64,000 nt of DNA from Blasia pusilla. Its lineage: Eukaryota. Below, one piece after another: positions 35,994 through 48,709 of the stretch (its first letter is position 1; every line of letters starts with the position of its first letter). The stretch lies in the NCBI GenBank assembly GCA_050084515.1, contig CM114271.1, positions 45,756,001-45,820,000 on the forward strand. The letters run 5' to 3'. The translations under genes and the position numbers were made by a program. A model generated the notes under the pieces. It worked only from the letters and a program-made list of their open reading frames with translations. It made no database searches and was not told the origin of the DNA.

Positions 35994-38900
35994 ATGAGCC
36001 GAGGACGTGCGGGGGAAGTCCTGTTCGGTGTGGTCGTGTGGTGTTTTAGTTTTCTGCAGACAACGAACGCTCAAATAGGTACTTCCATCTTCAAGTTCGT
36101 GGCTGAATTGCCTAGCAGTTCTGGCAACACTCGAGGATATTCGAATCAGGTCAAGCAAATTCTTCTTTAGCTAATGGTGAAGGGAACCTAGGACCTAAAT
36201 AGGATTGTGCGTGCAGCTTCTTTCGGGTTGGTTTCAAGCATAATTGTGGTAACTACGGAGGCCCATTCGATCTTTGAGCGCAGGTTTCATCAGTATCGAT
36301 TGCGGCACGGGTTCCAACTACACTGACAATCGCAAGATTTTTTGGGTAAACGATGAAAGATATACGGTGACGGGGCAGAATGGCATAGTAGATATCTCGG
36401 GAGCAAATCTCAACACAAATCAAGTGAATGATATTGGCCCGCAGTTGCAGACGATCAGATACTTCCCTGGGACCCAGAGCAAGTCGTGTTACATGATTCC
36501 TGAAGTCGAAGCGAACCAGTTGTACCTTGTTCGCTTGATGTTCCTCGCTGGTGACTTGACTTCCAAGCTGGGGAAATCGATCACCTTCGGCGTGACACTT
36601 GGAAATTACCGGTGGGAGGATGTTGTAATCGATGATCCTCTCACTCCTGTGATCATGGAAGCTGTACTTACAACGATGATGAGTCCGTGGCCTATCTGCT
36701 TCCTGCGCGACGTAGGGACTCCGTTCATCTCGTCGATCGAAACCGAATTCTCCCCAGGTTTTATTACCAAACAAGTCTTCTGCAGTTGCACGTCCTCACG
36801 GGCGTTTATAGGATTGACTGTGGCTTGAAATCGGGCAGCGCAAACCTGAGGTCGGTACACCTCACCTATCCTTGCTCCACTGGCGGCTATGCATTGACAG
36901 TCAGACCTCCTTCCTATAATGTCGTGAAATATGCGCAATGTGCAATGCTTCCCAATAACTTTTTGTGGTCTTGAACTACTCTTGAAGCTCAAATGAGGTC
37001 TGTACGTCGAACGCTTCTTGGCACTCGAGAGATTGTTAGCTCTATTTCATCACGTCATGGTCATGGACTAAATTTCAAGAGTATTCAAAGTGGACGCCTA
37101 CAGACGCGGTGACCTAATTCTTCATTATTTCGGTCTCGATGGGAAGAAATTACTCTAATCGCATTCATAGTCGCACGAGTCATTCCCTTTCCTTTCTCAC
37201 TCCCATGAAATTTTCCATGAACTTCAGTAATTAAAACTGCCTCGTCCTCCTTTTAAGTCTACGAATCCGACCAAATCCAGGCAACCCTGATCCTATCCTA
37301 CAATGCGTGCATCAAAAGTTGTTACCTTCGTAAAACAGAGCGAGACTTGCAATGTTGAAGGACTTGTAAGGAAGAGCGAATGTTTCACTTGTCCTTCAAC
37401 TTCAGGTCTTGCATTGATTGCCATGTACTAAACACAGTGAAGGGGAGGCCATACAACTCCAACTTGTCCGGTCTGACAATCCAGGCTACTGACGATCGTA
37501 CGCATGTTTTTAATGCCTCCAGATACCCCTCAGACACCTTCGATCGCTTCTGGACGCCCGATCCCGCCAACTTCAGCTTCCCTAAACGCAGAGCTTCTAT
37601 CTTCGGGATTACTATTCGGTGAGTCTCCCCAACGAGGCGTTACGATCTGCTTGGGTCGCTCCGTCGCTTAATTCGAGCATCTCCTTCTCTTGGCCCATCC
37701 CTCCGTTGCAGAAGGCGCACTACGTCAGCTTCTTCTTCGTGGAGCTTCAACAAGTGAAGCCCACTGACATTCGGGAGGTGGACATATATTTGAGCGGCGT
37801 ATACCAAGAAACGGCGACGATTAACTCGTCGGTGTTTTCCACGTTTGACATAACCAGACCCGTTTACACGTCGTTGAACGTCACCCTTTTCGGAATCCGA
37901 GATCCACTTTGCCGGTGATGCTGAACGCGGTCGAGTCGTATATGTTTGATTCATACAATTACTCCTTCGTTACACATCCGGACGATGGTACGTGCTTCTT
38001 AATTTCCTGACGGTCTTTTAACTTATATTTGCCCTTCCATTTCGCAATTTCCTTTTCTCTTGCATTTTCAGCTAGTAAAACCGCTTTTCTAGTGAGCCAA
38101 TTGCTCGAAAATGATTAAAAATGATACGCAAAAATTTCAAATATGGGAGGTAATTTAATTAGCACAAGTGTAGGCTTATATAATCTATATACATAGACTA
38201 ATGGTTGGTTTTCGGAAGTGTCGTATGGAGCTCACACTATCGCTGAAAAAATACTTTGACCCGTTTCATTGTGAAAAGAATACTATTTTATTTTTCGTTA
38301 TTCCCCAAAGATTTACTCTGATTCTCCTCGACTTACACAATGATAATACACGTTTAAAAAAGCAATTAAACTTGTAATCCCAAGACGGCTAAACCTTAGC
38401 CTTTGCTGCATGGACAAGCAGCAGCCGCCATTGCTTCATTCATAACGAGCGCCAACTTAACAACTTGGAGCGGTGATCCTTGCTTGCCTGTTCCATACTC
38501 TTGGTTAAAGTGCAGTTCTCCACAAGTTTCAAACATTTCTAGGGTTTTGCAAATGTAAGTTCTACTTCCAATGTTTTTCCTTTCTTAATCGGATTTGACT
38601 TGTTTGATTTATATGTGCAATAGAAGTGAGAAGCTTTGATCAACATATTACTTATTATGTGGTTATGAATACTTGCAGAAACTTATTGAATCAGAATATC
38701 AGTGGCTTTATTACAAAAGATATTGCAAAATTAATCGAGTTGACGGATCTGTAAGAGCTAGAATCCTTCGAACTTCATTTGGTTGTGGATATCTTAAACC
38801 AATTTACTTTGAATGTTCTACTTCTGGAGTTTTTTGGGAAGGAAGATCTCCTTAGAAACATTGTGACGGATGTCAAGGTTGCGTCCGCACTAAAGTCAAG

Positions 38901-41900
38901 TTGGAGATGCATGAGCAGGGCATTGGACAACAATAATATAACTGGTACCATCCCCGACTTGAGTGCTCTCATCAATCTTCAAACAATGTAAGGGAGTGAA
39001 TTGGATCCCATGCAGACTGTTGTGGTTTACAATGCACTCAATTATTTTTGGAAGTGGCTTTTCCCATCCTAAAGTAGCCCTTATTTTGTTCACACAATAT
39101 ATTTATGTTTAAATTTTTTACTACTTTTGGCGCATTGAGATGTGCAGACGATTTCAAAACAACCAATTACAAGGATCTATTCCGGATTCATTGGCTCTGC
39201 TCCCAAATCTCACATTGTTGTACATAGAAACTTCTCATGGTATTAACAAAGTTATGACGCATATTAGAGCATTCAATTGAAGAGATATTTTGTTTTGAAT
39301 GGCTTTCAATGAGAAGGATTGCAAAGTGTTCACATAATTGGGGATGGGTAAGTTTCTTATAAGAAGTTGCCTATAATCACAAGGCACCAATTATGATATA
39401 GAGAATATATTCAAGAATCATAGAAAGTAGTTTGAACTGCAATTTCAAGTTGTAGTTGTCGTGATCATCTTGAGAAGTTGTTATTATCCCAATTAGAAGA
39501 TGGGTACTAATGTGACCAAAGTTATTGTAAATAGATTTGGTCTTGACTATACAATGGATGAGTAGTATGTAACTATGGTGTTTTGTGCATATTGTCAGAA
39601 CTTTGGACCATAATCTCTTGGAGGAGGGCTACCACCAGGTCTAGCGAAGAAAATTGATATGGGCTCATTGACTTTTTAAGTAGGCATTCCTCTCCTTCTT
39701 GGTTCTAAGGTGTAACTCAATGATATATGTTGTATATAAGTGAGCGCATGATCAAGTTTCAAACAATTGATTGATCAAGAACATTATTGATCTACAAATT
39801 TAAAATAGCATTGCTTATTTTGGAATTCCTACAGGGCGAGTGATAATCCCTACCTATGTTTTGGAGGAAATCCATGCTTACGATCAACAAATAGTTCATC
39901 AACCTCTTTCCCAAGAACTCCTTCCAAGAGCTCAAGCTCTAACATTGGGCCCAAAGTGGGTGCGGCAATAGGTGCCGTACTTGGGCTACTACTTCTAGTG
40001 ATGATTTTGGTTTGTGTATATAGAAAGAGAAAGAACTCCAAGCTTCCAGGTATGAAAATACATTCTCAATCCAATCATGGTTGTCTACCTATCTTAGTTG
40101 CTTTCACGTACTTGGTTCTTTGAGTCCCCTCTTTCTTGTATTCTTGATAGATTTCCCTCCTGCTTTTTGTTGAGGTTTTATTCCTATATATACTTATATA
40201 AATTGCTGTAATATATACTCTAATCGTGAATTCGTTGAATATTTTTATATTTTTCTTCTTTCTCTTCTATTTGTGACTATTGAATGGATTCTTTTTGTTA
40301 GTCCAGGTGAATCGAATGTGAATGTTGTCGCCCATGGGGTTTCTTCTTTTTCAAACCAACCTAGAGATCCAAACCAACCAATCCCTTTCTCACAAATCGA
40401 GGTACTTCAAGCCACAAACAACTTTTCGAGAAAAATTGGCAAAGGTGGCTATGGAGATGTTTACTACGGACAATTTCCTGATGGTCAAGAGGTGGCCGTG
40501 AAAGTGAACAAAGGAAATTCTCACCAAGGAGCAAAGGAGTTTTTGAATGAGGTAAATCACATCATCATCAATTGATGCCCATGTCCAAGTAGGATCAAGC
40601 GTCACAAAGATTTTAACTCATTTCCATGTTTAATTGCAAGTACTTTCAATCATCGAGCTTTAAATCTCATTTAGTATTTGGTGGTGGATGTTGTTAGGTA
40701 ACGCTCTAGTCAAGATTTCACCACCAAAATTTGGTGTCTTTTGTGGGTTATTGCAAGGAAGAAAACGAGCGTGTTTTGATATATGCATTTATGTCTCAAG
40801 GGACATTGCAAGAGCACCTCTATGGTAAGCATTCCCTTCATCTCACTCCAATAACCCCTTCATCCCATCCAATTGATCTCATACCCAACTCAAATCATCC
40901 TTCAACTCATGAGTAGATATAGACTTTTTCCTTTGACCAATTGTTCAAAGGTTTTGTTATTTCCTAACCATCTAGTAATATGCTTGATTGAAAGGATATC
41001 TTTTCTATTGAGGCATTTAGAAATAAAACTCTTGGAATAGTGGGAATAACTTGAGTGTGTTTAAAAGACTCCTATGTTTCCACTAAGTTGTTTCTCCCTT
41101 TGAAATAGGTGAAGGAGGGGCTCGTGTACAACAACCACTAGATTGGCGAACAAGACTAGATATTGTCCTCAATGCTGCTCGAGGTGATGATGATACTCGG
41201 ATTTAGCTTGCATCTAAACTCATGCATATGCAGGCCAATGCTATGAAGATGAAAGATTCCTTTCATCTTCATAACATTGGCCATGTAGAGCATTTATTCC
41301 TTTCAAATGAAAGATGTGTGATTCTCTTCACCCCAAAATAATCCTTCATGCGATTGATTTTTTGTTCTACTCTAACTTTAAGTTTTTCATGTTTGTGGCT
41401 TCTATACTTTCCCAGGAATTGAGTACCTACATCATTCTTGCTCTCCCCCTGTCATTCAACGGGACATAAAAGCAAGCAATATTTTATTGACCGATAGGCT
41501 CACCGCCAAAATATCAGATTTTGGCATTTCAAAAAGCATAATTCAAAATAATCAATTTGAGATCATGACGGGAATGAAGGGTTCCTTCGGCTATCTTGAC
41601 CCAGAGTAAGTCTCTTCTCCACTTAGACCACACATACTTTCATGAATTCAAAAAAAATTCACAAACTCAATAAATATCTTTGTATTTAAGATAGAACTTG
41701 TTGTGGTCATTGGTCAGGTACTTCACGGAGAATCGATTGACCTTAAAGAGCGATATCTATAGCTTTGGCGTTGTTTTGCTTGAAGTTATCACAGGGAGAA
41801 AATACAACACAACTCAATTTCCAAATGGCGTGACATCCACTCTCATAGATTGGGTAAGTGCAATTGTATGAATATAATATATGCTTTAATCATGGGATAT

Positions 41901-42663
41901 TCTTTTCCTCTTTCCTCCCTCTGTTTGGCCTCATTACATAAATCATTAGAATAAGGAAAAAGGCGGTATGAAATCTACATCACCTACAATGAAAGAAAGT
42001 ATGCACCATACATAACAACTACAACTTATGATTCCTTAATTTTTACTTGTGTTTTAACATCCATGTACATGAAAAAGATTCTTGATTCCAATCTTAGGAG
42101 TGTAGTAGTTTTTTTTTTTGTAAAGCTCTTGCATATGAACTTTCACCTCATTAGTGGATCTTAGCTTTAACTTTGGGTTATTTGCAACTAGGTCTAATGA
42201 GATCTTCAAAATGTCATTTTTCTTGGTAATCTAGAGAAACAAGTGTACCCTTATCCCTTTGGATAATGGTATTGAGAAGTTGTAACAATAAAAGAGGTTG
42301 TTTCGACAGGTGGGAGATTGTCTACGGGAAAATTCTATCCAAGAGATAGTCGATCCTACGTTAACTACAAATTACAATTTAGACTCTGCTTGGAGACTTG
42401 TAGAGTTAGCGATGGCATGTTTAGAGCCTTATGGAGTGAATAGACCGGATATACAACAAGTTGTTATTGTATTGAGCGAGGCTTTTGATCTAGAGGAGCA
42501 TCAACAAGGGATCATAACACCTTCAAATCATTCGCCATCTGACCTTGTTGCTTCTTCTTTTGACCAATACCAACGAGTTTACCAAGGATCCCGATCTTCT
42601 GCTAGGTCCTCCAATGGGAGCTTTTCTACAGTGACTTGGAGTACCAATGTTAAAGCTAGGTAA
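35994..42663 (+). pseudogene. Malectin-like/LRR receptor-like kinase (LRR-I type) pseudogene; exons 35994-36078, 36284-36850, 37523-37987, 38422-38554, 38679-38750, 38919-38987, 39148-39219, 39599-39679, 39835-40049, 40307-40551, 40698-40824, 41109-41183, 41416-41605, 41718-41853, 42310-42663
   Basis: Signal peptide; GFISIDCG; RYPSDTFDRFW; WSGDPCLPVPYSW; 69-72 nt LRR exons; TM helix; IGKGGYG, VAVK, DFG, GYLDPEY; GT-AG introns; frameshifts near 36743, 37600, 37886, 39625, 39675; TAG at 40707-40709; QRD in place of HRD. Confidence 0.9.
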
Positions 42664-44003
42664 TAGTAGTCGAGTATCCTAGATTGAAAGGATTTAAGCT
42701 TTGCCTTTTATCTTCTTCCTATTTCTCCTACCACATGTGGAAAGAAAAAGATGGAAAAAAACTTGGATTGTAAACAAGTCGCATGTGATGTTTCAACATA
42801 AAATTAAGTCCTTGTAAATGAGCAAAACCCAGTGTTGTTGTTTTACAATGATAAGGACGATTGGTTTTTTAGTTGTGTCATTGTATCCGAGATTGGAAAT
42901 TTGAAGCCTTATTTTGTAAAGCAAAAAAATTAGTTTCTTGCTGGTAACTAACCATTTAGAATTTTCCATCTCATTTGGGCCACGGTAAAGAGATATCTAC
43001 GATGTTGGATGATTTCACCCGAAAAATTTGTGACACCCGAAGCCTAAAGAACTCACGGGCATTGTAATTTGTGCGGGGTTTGCACTAGGCAGCTAAGTAG
43101 TGTTTGGCTTTGATTCACTGAAATTCACTCCATAAGAAGTGAAGTTCAAAAACCTGCGGATCAAAGAAAAAGGCAAGGACATAGCTTCACTATACTATCC
43201 CACCTCTCTAAAATCTTACCTTATGGATATTGGACTCTTTTTCATCTTTTCATTTTTTGATCTTATTTAGAGATGCATGTCGTGCTTTCATTGGCGGCTT
43301 GAAAGGACTCTACACGGACCCCTTTAATCCATACTATGAATTATTGCGGCCATATCCACACACGTGTGTTATAGTCACATAATCACCTTTGGAATAAATG
43401 AGGTGTTTGTGATAGTTGATTTGAGGTCAAAGTTGGAGTCACGAAGTTGGAACTGCGAGTGGAGGTGAACTAAGAGTCGTAAGAAGTTGGAGGTGTGGTC
43501 TAAAGGGACGTTGGAGCCGCGGCGACAACGATGCTTGAGATTTTTTTTTGCCTGGTAGAACTGAAATTTTCTTTCTTGGATCACATGGTGTTGTTGGATC
43601 TCTTTGATTGCAACCCCTTCAAGCTGAGTCGCAGTAAGAGGAGAGGAAGAGAGGAGAGAGGAAACTACCTTCAACCCAAAGAGATATATTTTTCTAAAGA
43701 GAGTTTCCGTTGGGTTGAAGAGAGGAAGTTTTTTTTGTGAACATTTTTGCAATTTTCTTCTCTGTGCTTAGTCACTCCCATAGATTGGTTTTTTCTCTTC
43801 CAGATTTTGGCAACCCGTCTAAATCTGACTATTAGCGACTTGCACAAAATAAAAATAATTGGAATCACAAATGTGGAACAAATCACTTTTTCCATCCAAG
43901 GTCTGAAAAAAAAATCATCATTTTTCCATAGTTGATTAGAGTTCAAGCTCATAGTGAACATTTTGGCACTTCAAAGTACAATCTAAGACCTCATTTTGCA
44001 TCC

Positions 44004-45290
44004 TCACAGTGGTTTGTTTAGGATACTTCGCACTTCTTTGAGGGACAAAATTGGTTGGTAGATTCCTACTCCTACCTTCGACTCTCTTAAAACTACAAGC
44101 AACACATAGTACATGTGCTTACAAGGGTACCTTCTCCCATTTGTCGCTCTTTGGACAAAGTCATTACAGGAACATGTGGGAAAGCAATAGATATGTACCA
44201 CATACACCCCTGACACACTTGAATTAAAAATTTTGTTCGTGACCCAATACATCCTTCCTATTCCAGTGCCACTATGAAACTCTTTTGTGGCGATGATTTC
44301 CATGTTTGCCTCTTGAGCTTATGCGATTCACTTTGCTCTCTCCATTGTTCGTCTACACATTTTATTTCTCTTCACCTCATTTCTAGACTCGAACAAAAAT
44401 AGTGGATTGAGATCATCCACTTTCTACACGTACATGTTGACATCAATCTTGGGTTGAATCCGAAATGCGAAGGTCCCTCTAATGCGAACATGCTCTGAAC
44501 TCCCTCCCTCTACGAGTCTGAAATCGGCACTTGTAAGATTGTCCACTTCCTCTTGAATGCAAGTGGTATCTCCAGCAATGGGCCAAATTTTTGGGGTATT
44601 CCCTGCAGCTCCTATGGCAGCCGAATAAGACTTTCAAAAAGCCCATGATTCATTTGGGAAGAAGAAGTACTTCAATTGATCCCCGATTCTGGTAAAATAA
44701 TCAAAAGTTTTCAGCCCCCAGAAACCTGGGAGTGGTCGTCCTGTCCTTGTATAGTTCTTATTCAAGAAAGTGCCACATGCTCTCGTAATGCCATCCGATC
44801 TTGCCTTGCAAGTTAGGCCACGTCCAAGATTTCTTCAAGAAATATGCCATTTCTTGAGGTTGCAATCAACCTCAAGATCGGAATCCCGTACTTTTGAACT
44901 ACCCCCAAGATTATATGTTGGGAAGTTCCAACAACAGAGGGATTTTAAAATAAAACATTCATTGATTGTGCAGAAGGTACTTCAACTCGAATTTGGGAGC
45001 AGTCTGATGTCTCTGAATACCTGGGCGGGGTAATTTCATCATCCAAATCAATCACCCGATTCTTTTCTCAATTTCGACGCTTGACTTTCTTGAAATCAAT
45101 ATACTTATCAGGTCTCCAAGAGTCTCGTACAGACTGCTCTACCATCATCTGTATGGGACATCTTGGAACACGCCCACGAATGTCCCCACCAATGTGGACG
45201 TCTTTCTCGAGAGGAGTTACAGCTATGCATCAATTGAAAGCTTCCACATATAATTTCTCATCCCCAGATCTCACAACGGCTCTAACATAG
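44004..45290 (-). pseudogene. Degenerate SWIM zinc-finger ORF, probably transposon-derived
   Basis: YVVHIYCFPTCSCNDF..PCKHMYYVLL (CxC..CxH) in 44004-44303; upstream part frame-disrupted and extent approximate. Confidence 0.6.
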
Positions 45291-45304
45291 AGCTCATAAA
45301 TCAA

Positions 45305-45391
45305 AGGGCCCTTTTACTTAATACTAATAAAACTCTCTCTAACACTTAATGAGAGAGGAGTTTACATAGTGAGTGATTTTACTATACAACA
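45305..45391 (-). mobile_element. Truncated start of a third L1-family LTR
   Basis: Minus strand TGTTGTATAGTAAAAT..CTCATTAAGTGTTAGA.AGAGTTTTATTAGTATTA matches 2232-2304. Confidence 0.75.
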
Positions 45392-45739
45392 ACTATTCCG
45401 CACGCACCTCTTCCGCATGAAAAATTGGCAAATAAACAACAAAATCAAGCGGATCTTGCTCCGGTCAGCACTCCCATGAGCCGTTGAATGGGGAACACGG
45501 TCCCTAACTTGCAACAACAAGTGAACAGTGAACTCCTTATTGAAACTCTCTCGCTCACTCATTCTCTCTTTGTATATCAATTACTTCTCTCAACATCTCA
45601 CACCAAACTCTCCATGGTGTGCACTCTCTCTCATGTCAAACCAAACCCACTCTCCTAATGAGAGGCTTGGATTGTACACACAAGGCAAGGAGGACCATAG
45701 CTCCGCCGCCTCATGCCAAGAGGTTCAACATAGAGAGAG

Positions 45740-46720
45740 TGTCGCGACCCTCATGACCAAACGAGTGCCAAAGCGGAACATTGGAACATTAGCGGGCTCA
45801 CGCTAAGATGGTTTGCGCGTTGGAGTGGTCTTGAACAAGAGACAAGAGACGAGACACAAGTGAGGCTTCGCGTTTCAGATGTTATGGTCTCGACTAAGAA
45901 ACCTGGACCAAACGCGGAACAAGACTTGAAAGGAGTTGAGTCTAGGAAGTGGTTTGCCAAAGGAAGAATCCATATTTGGAACGCCACTAGCGTTTGAGAT
46001 TTTCCGACTGTATTTATGGCCATAACTTTTAGCGCCAAGATGCGTTTGGATCGAAAAAGGGTGCGTTAGAAGACTTATGGAAAGATAGTTCAAGCGCACT
46101 AAAGATCTCTACAAACGCATGAGCAGCAGCTGAGAAACAACCCAGAAACGACTATAAGTAGAGTCGGGTTGAGGGCCACAACAAAGGGCCCGACCCTCCT
46201 TTTCCAAAAGGGGGTTATTGGAGAATCCCAGAAGTACTAGTAAGGGGGAAGGTCTCCGAGAGTGCGTGGAACTCGAACCCCACTTTGGGCGCCACGGGGC
46301 GGCTCAAGGGCATGGAACAGATCGAGAGTTTGGGGTTGAGTTGGAAAACCTGAACCAAGTCTACGGAGGTGATTTTAGACATCCCTCTTGGATTTCACCC
46401 CGCGACTCAATTACTTGGGTCTTGGTTTGGAAGTCACACAAGGTCCGTTGAACAATTGGGATCGCTAGGCGCGCAAGTGCCGTTTTAGATTCCTAGACTA
46501 ATCAGGAAGTCTGTTCCAAGTCTTGAAGGACTTGCCATGTTTTGGAAACTAGGAAGTAAGGGAGGTTGAGCTTGCTGAGACGCTGAGTTGAGAACTCGGT
46601 GGGTTGGAATGCTAGTTGACCCAGACCCGACTAACGAGATTGCGTGTTTGGGTGCAGATCGGCGATGAGATCGTGTCCTACTGAACGTACGCTTCCGCAA
46701 CGATAAAGATTGACGTTCAA
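45740..46720. mobile_element. LTR-like insertion into the GA tract of repeat A
   Basis: Begins TGTCGCGAC right after AGAGAGAG; host repeat resumes after the GA run; no coding motif seen. Confidence 0.5.
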
Positions 46721-46721
46721 G

Positions 46722-46723
<2 letters not shown>

Positions 46724-46812
<89 letters not shown>
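46724..46812. repeat. Long (GA)n microsatellite
   Basis: About 90 bp perfect GA run. Confidence 0.98.
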
Positions 46813-46814
<2 letters not shown>

Positions 46815-47176
46815 CTCAAGATCTCTCTCTTGGAGGTATACCCCCTTTCCTCTCCCAAACTCTCTCCTCAATAACCTATGATCGCACGTCACCTCCTTGG
46901 CTCTTGATCTATTGTTGCAGGTTAAGGGACACTTACCAAAGTAGAAAGTCAATGATACTCCAAATAAAAACTTGCCCAAAATAGTAAGTTTCTCTATACG
47001 GCTCCAAATGAGCCGAAACGAAGGGAAAACCTGCTCTCTCATGTTACCCGTGGCCTTAAAAGATCATCCTCGACCTCTTGAGGCTATATTCTAGTATCTC
47101 CGAAGGTGCTCTAGTATATCTCGCCGATCTATCTTAAAAGTCGTGACACCGCACTTTATATTTATATATATATATA

Positions 47177-47250
47177 TTGCAGAGACATGATTCAAACCTA
47201 TGACCTTAAGGTTATGAGCCTTGCAAGCTACTAGACTACTCTACTCCGTA
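47177..47250 (-). tRNA. trnfM-CAU: Decayed plastid-type tRNA-fMet(CAU) copy (organellar insertion, pseudogene)
   Basis: Minus strand CGGAGTAGAGTAGTCTAGTAGCTTGCAAGGCTCATAACCTTAAGGTCATAGGTTTGAATCATGTCTCTGCAA matches recalled plastid trnfM with mostly transition changes; anticodon loop CTCATAA. Confidence 0.8.
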
Positions 47251-48709
47251 TCTAGCTTTCTTTGAATTATCCCCTTTATGTTGAGACATCATTTGTTACC
47301 ACCGTTAGATTCAACTGAAATTTGGTGGGATTGATGGGCTGTAGGATTTAACTAAGAATGCAAGACCCCCATTATGGTTTAGGCCTTAGATATGGATGTC
47401 TCAGATGAGACAATCTTCTAAATGAAGGAAGATCGAACGATCCCTTTATGACATGGATGGGGAGGGTTTTGCTAGTGAGAGAGCATGGAGTGGTGACCTG
47501 TCTTACGAACCTACATGTTTGGGACTTTGTATTTTATCTCTGATACTTTTTTTTTCCAAAGAATGGGTGCAGAAATAGGGCTACTCAATGGTGTCCTCGT
47601 GAGCATTGCAATAGTTTTCGGGAAAACTTGGCTAGAAACTCTCGTCCCTTTGTTATAAGAGAAAGGTAGTCAACTTTATAAAGCGTCATTAGGGATTGTA
47701 GTGAAATGAAAAAATTAATCAAGAGCAGAGTCATACATCAAATTAGGCACAAACTAACAAAGATTGAACCATTTTCCGTCCACATGAAACACGAATGTCA
47801 CATGACTTGTCATTCCAATATGACAATTCACCACAATTGAGCCTTACATCTACTTTCGTCATCCCTAAAGGGACTTAGTTTACTACCCTAATAATCCCCA
47901 ACCCAAACCCCAATCACTCTTAAGAAAGGAATGGAAAAACATTATCTCTTATAGGCTAACCTCATGGACACGCGCCCAGGTCGTGGCGACTCTCATTTCT
48001 ACGTCCAAATAATTTTCCAATGGATAGTGTAACATAACACAATGGTCTCTAGTAACTACTTCCAGTTATAACCAAGTCAAGGTCCCCACAACGCTAGACT
48101 ATTTCTACGCCCAAAAGTTTTGGACGCAGAATAACCATCGACTCTCTATAGTCACCCAGTGTGCATGAGATCTGGCCATTAAGGGACCCTCTTCACTAGT
48201 TGTAACAATCCCCAACCCAAACTCTCCAAAGAAATGAATTGAAAAAGAAAGGGTGGGCTCGTGTATGTATCCATGAAAAGTACATGTCATTTGCTATGCT
48301 CTTCCTCTGCCATAAACCGCATTTGTCTCTCCCGTGCCCTCCGTCCCATCCATCCTCCGCTTTGCTCCGTAGACATGCAAGATCCCGTATGCAAAATCAC
48401 AGATGATATGAGAGGCTGAGATGGTGGTGGCAGATGTTGTAGTGACGGATCCTATGCAAAAAGCTATGCAAGCCCGAGTGGTAGCACAATGGAGATCACT
48501 CCAAGGAGAGGCGGCGATGATGAAGAAGACCCATCTCTAAAGTTGACTTCAAGATGGACATCGAATTGTCACCCTAACCATATATGTATGGGTTTATGGG
48601 AGAGAGGTTTGACTCAATCCTTATGGATTACATCCATCAGCTCCAATCGAAAAATGGATTGTCCTTAACTACTTCGATTCCATATTATGAACATTGGTTT
48701 GCGCAAAAG

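Larger units (their letters stand above)
45392..47148 (-). mobile_element. 5' end of another PHD-gypsy copy (repeat A from TGTCACGAC at 47148, leader Y), interrupted at 45740-46720
   Basis: Colinear with 3608-4297. Confidence 0.8.

Noticed and set aside
46485-47042. 185-aa ORF with poly-SL
   Set aside because: Translation of the GA microsatellite and repeat A
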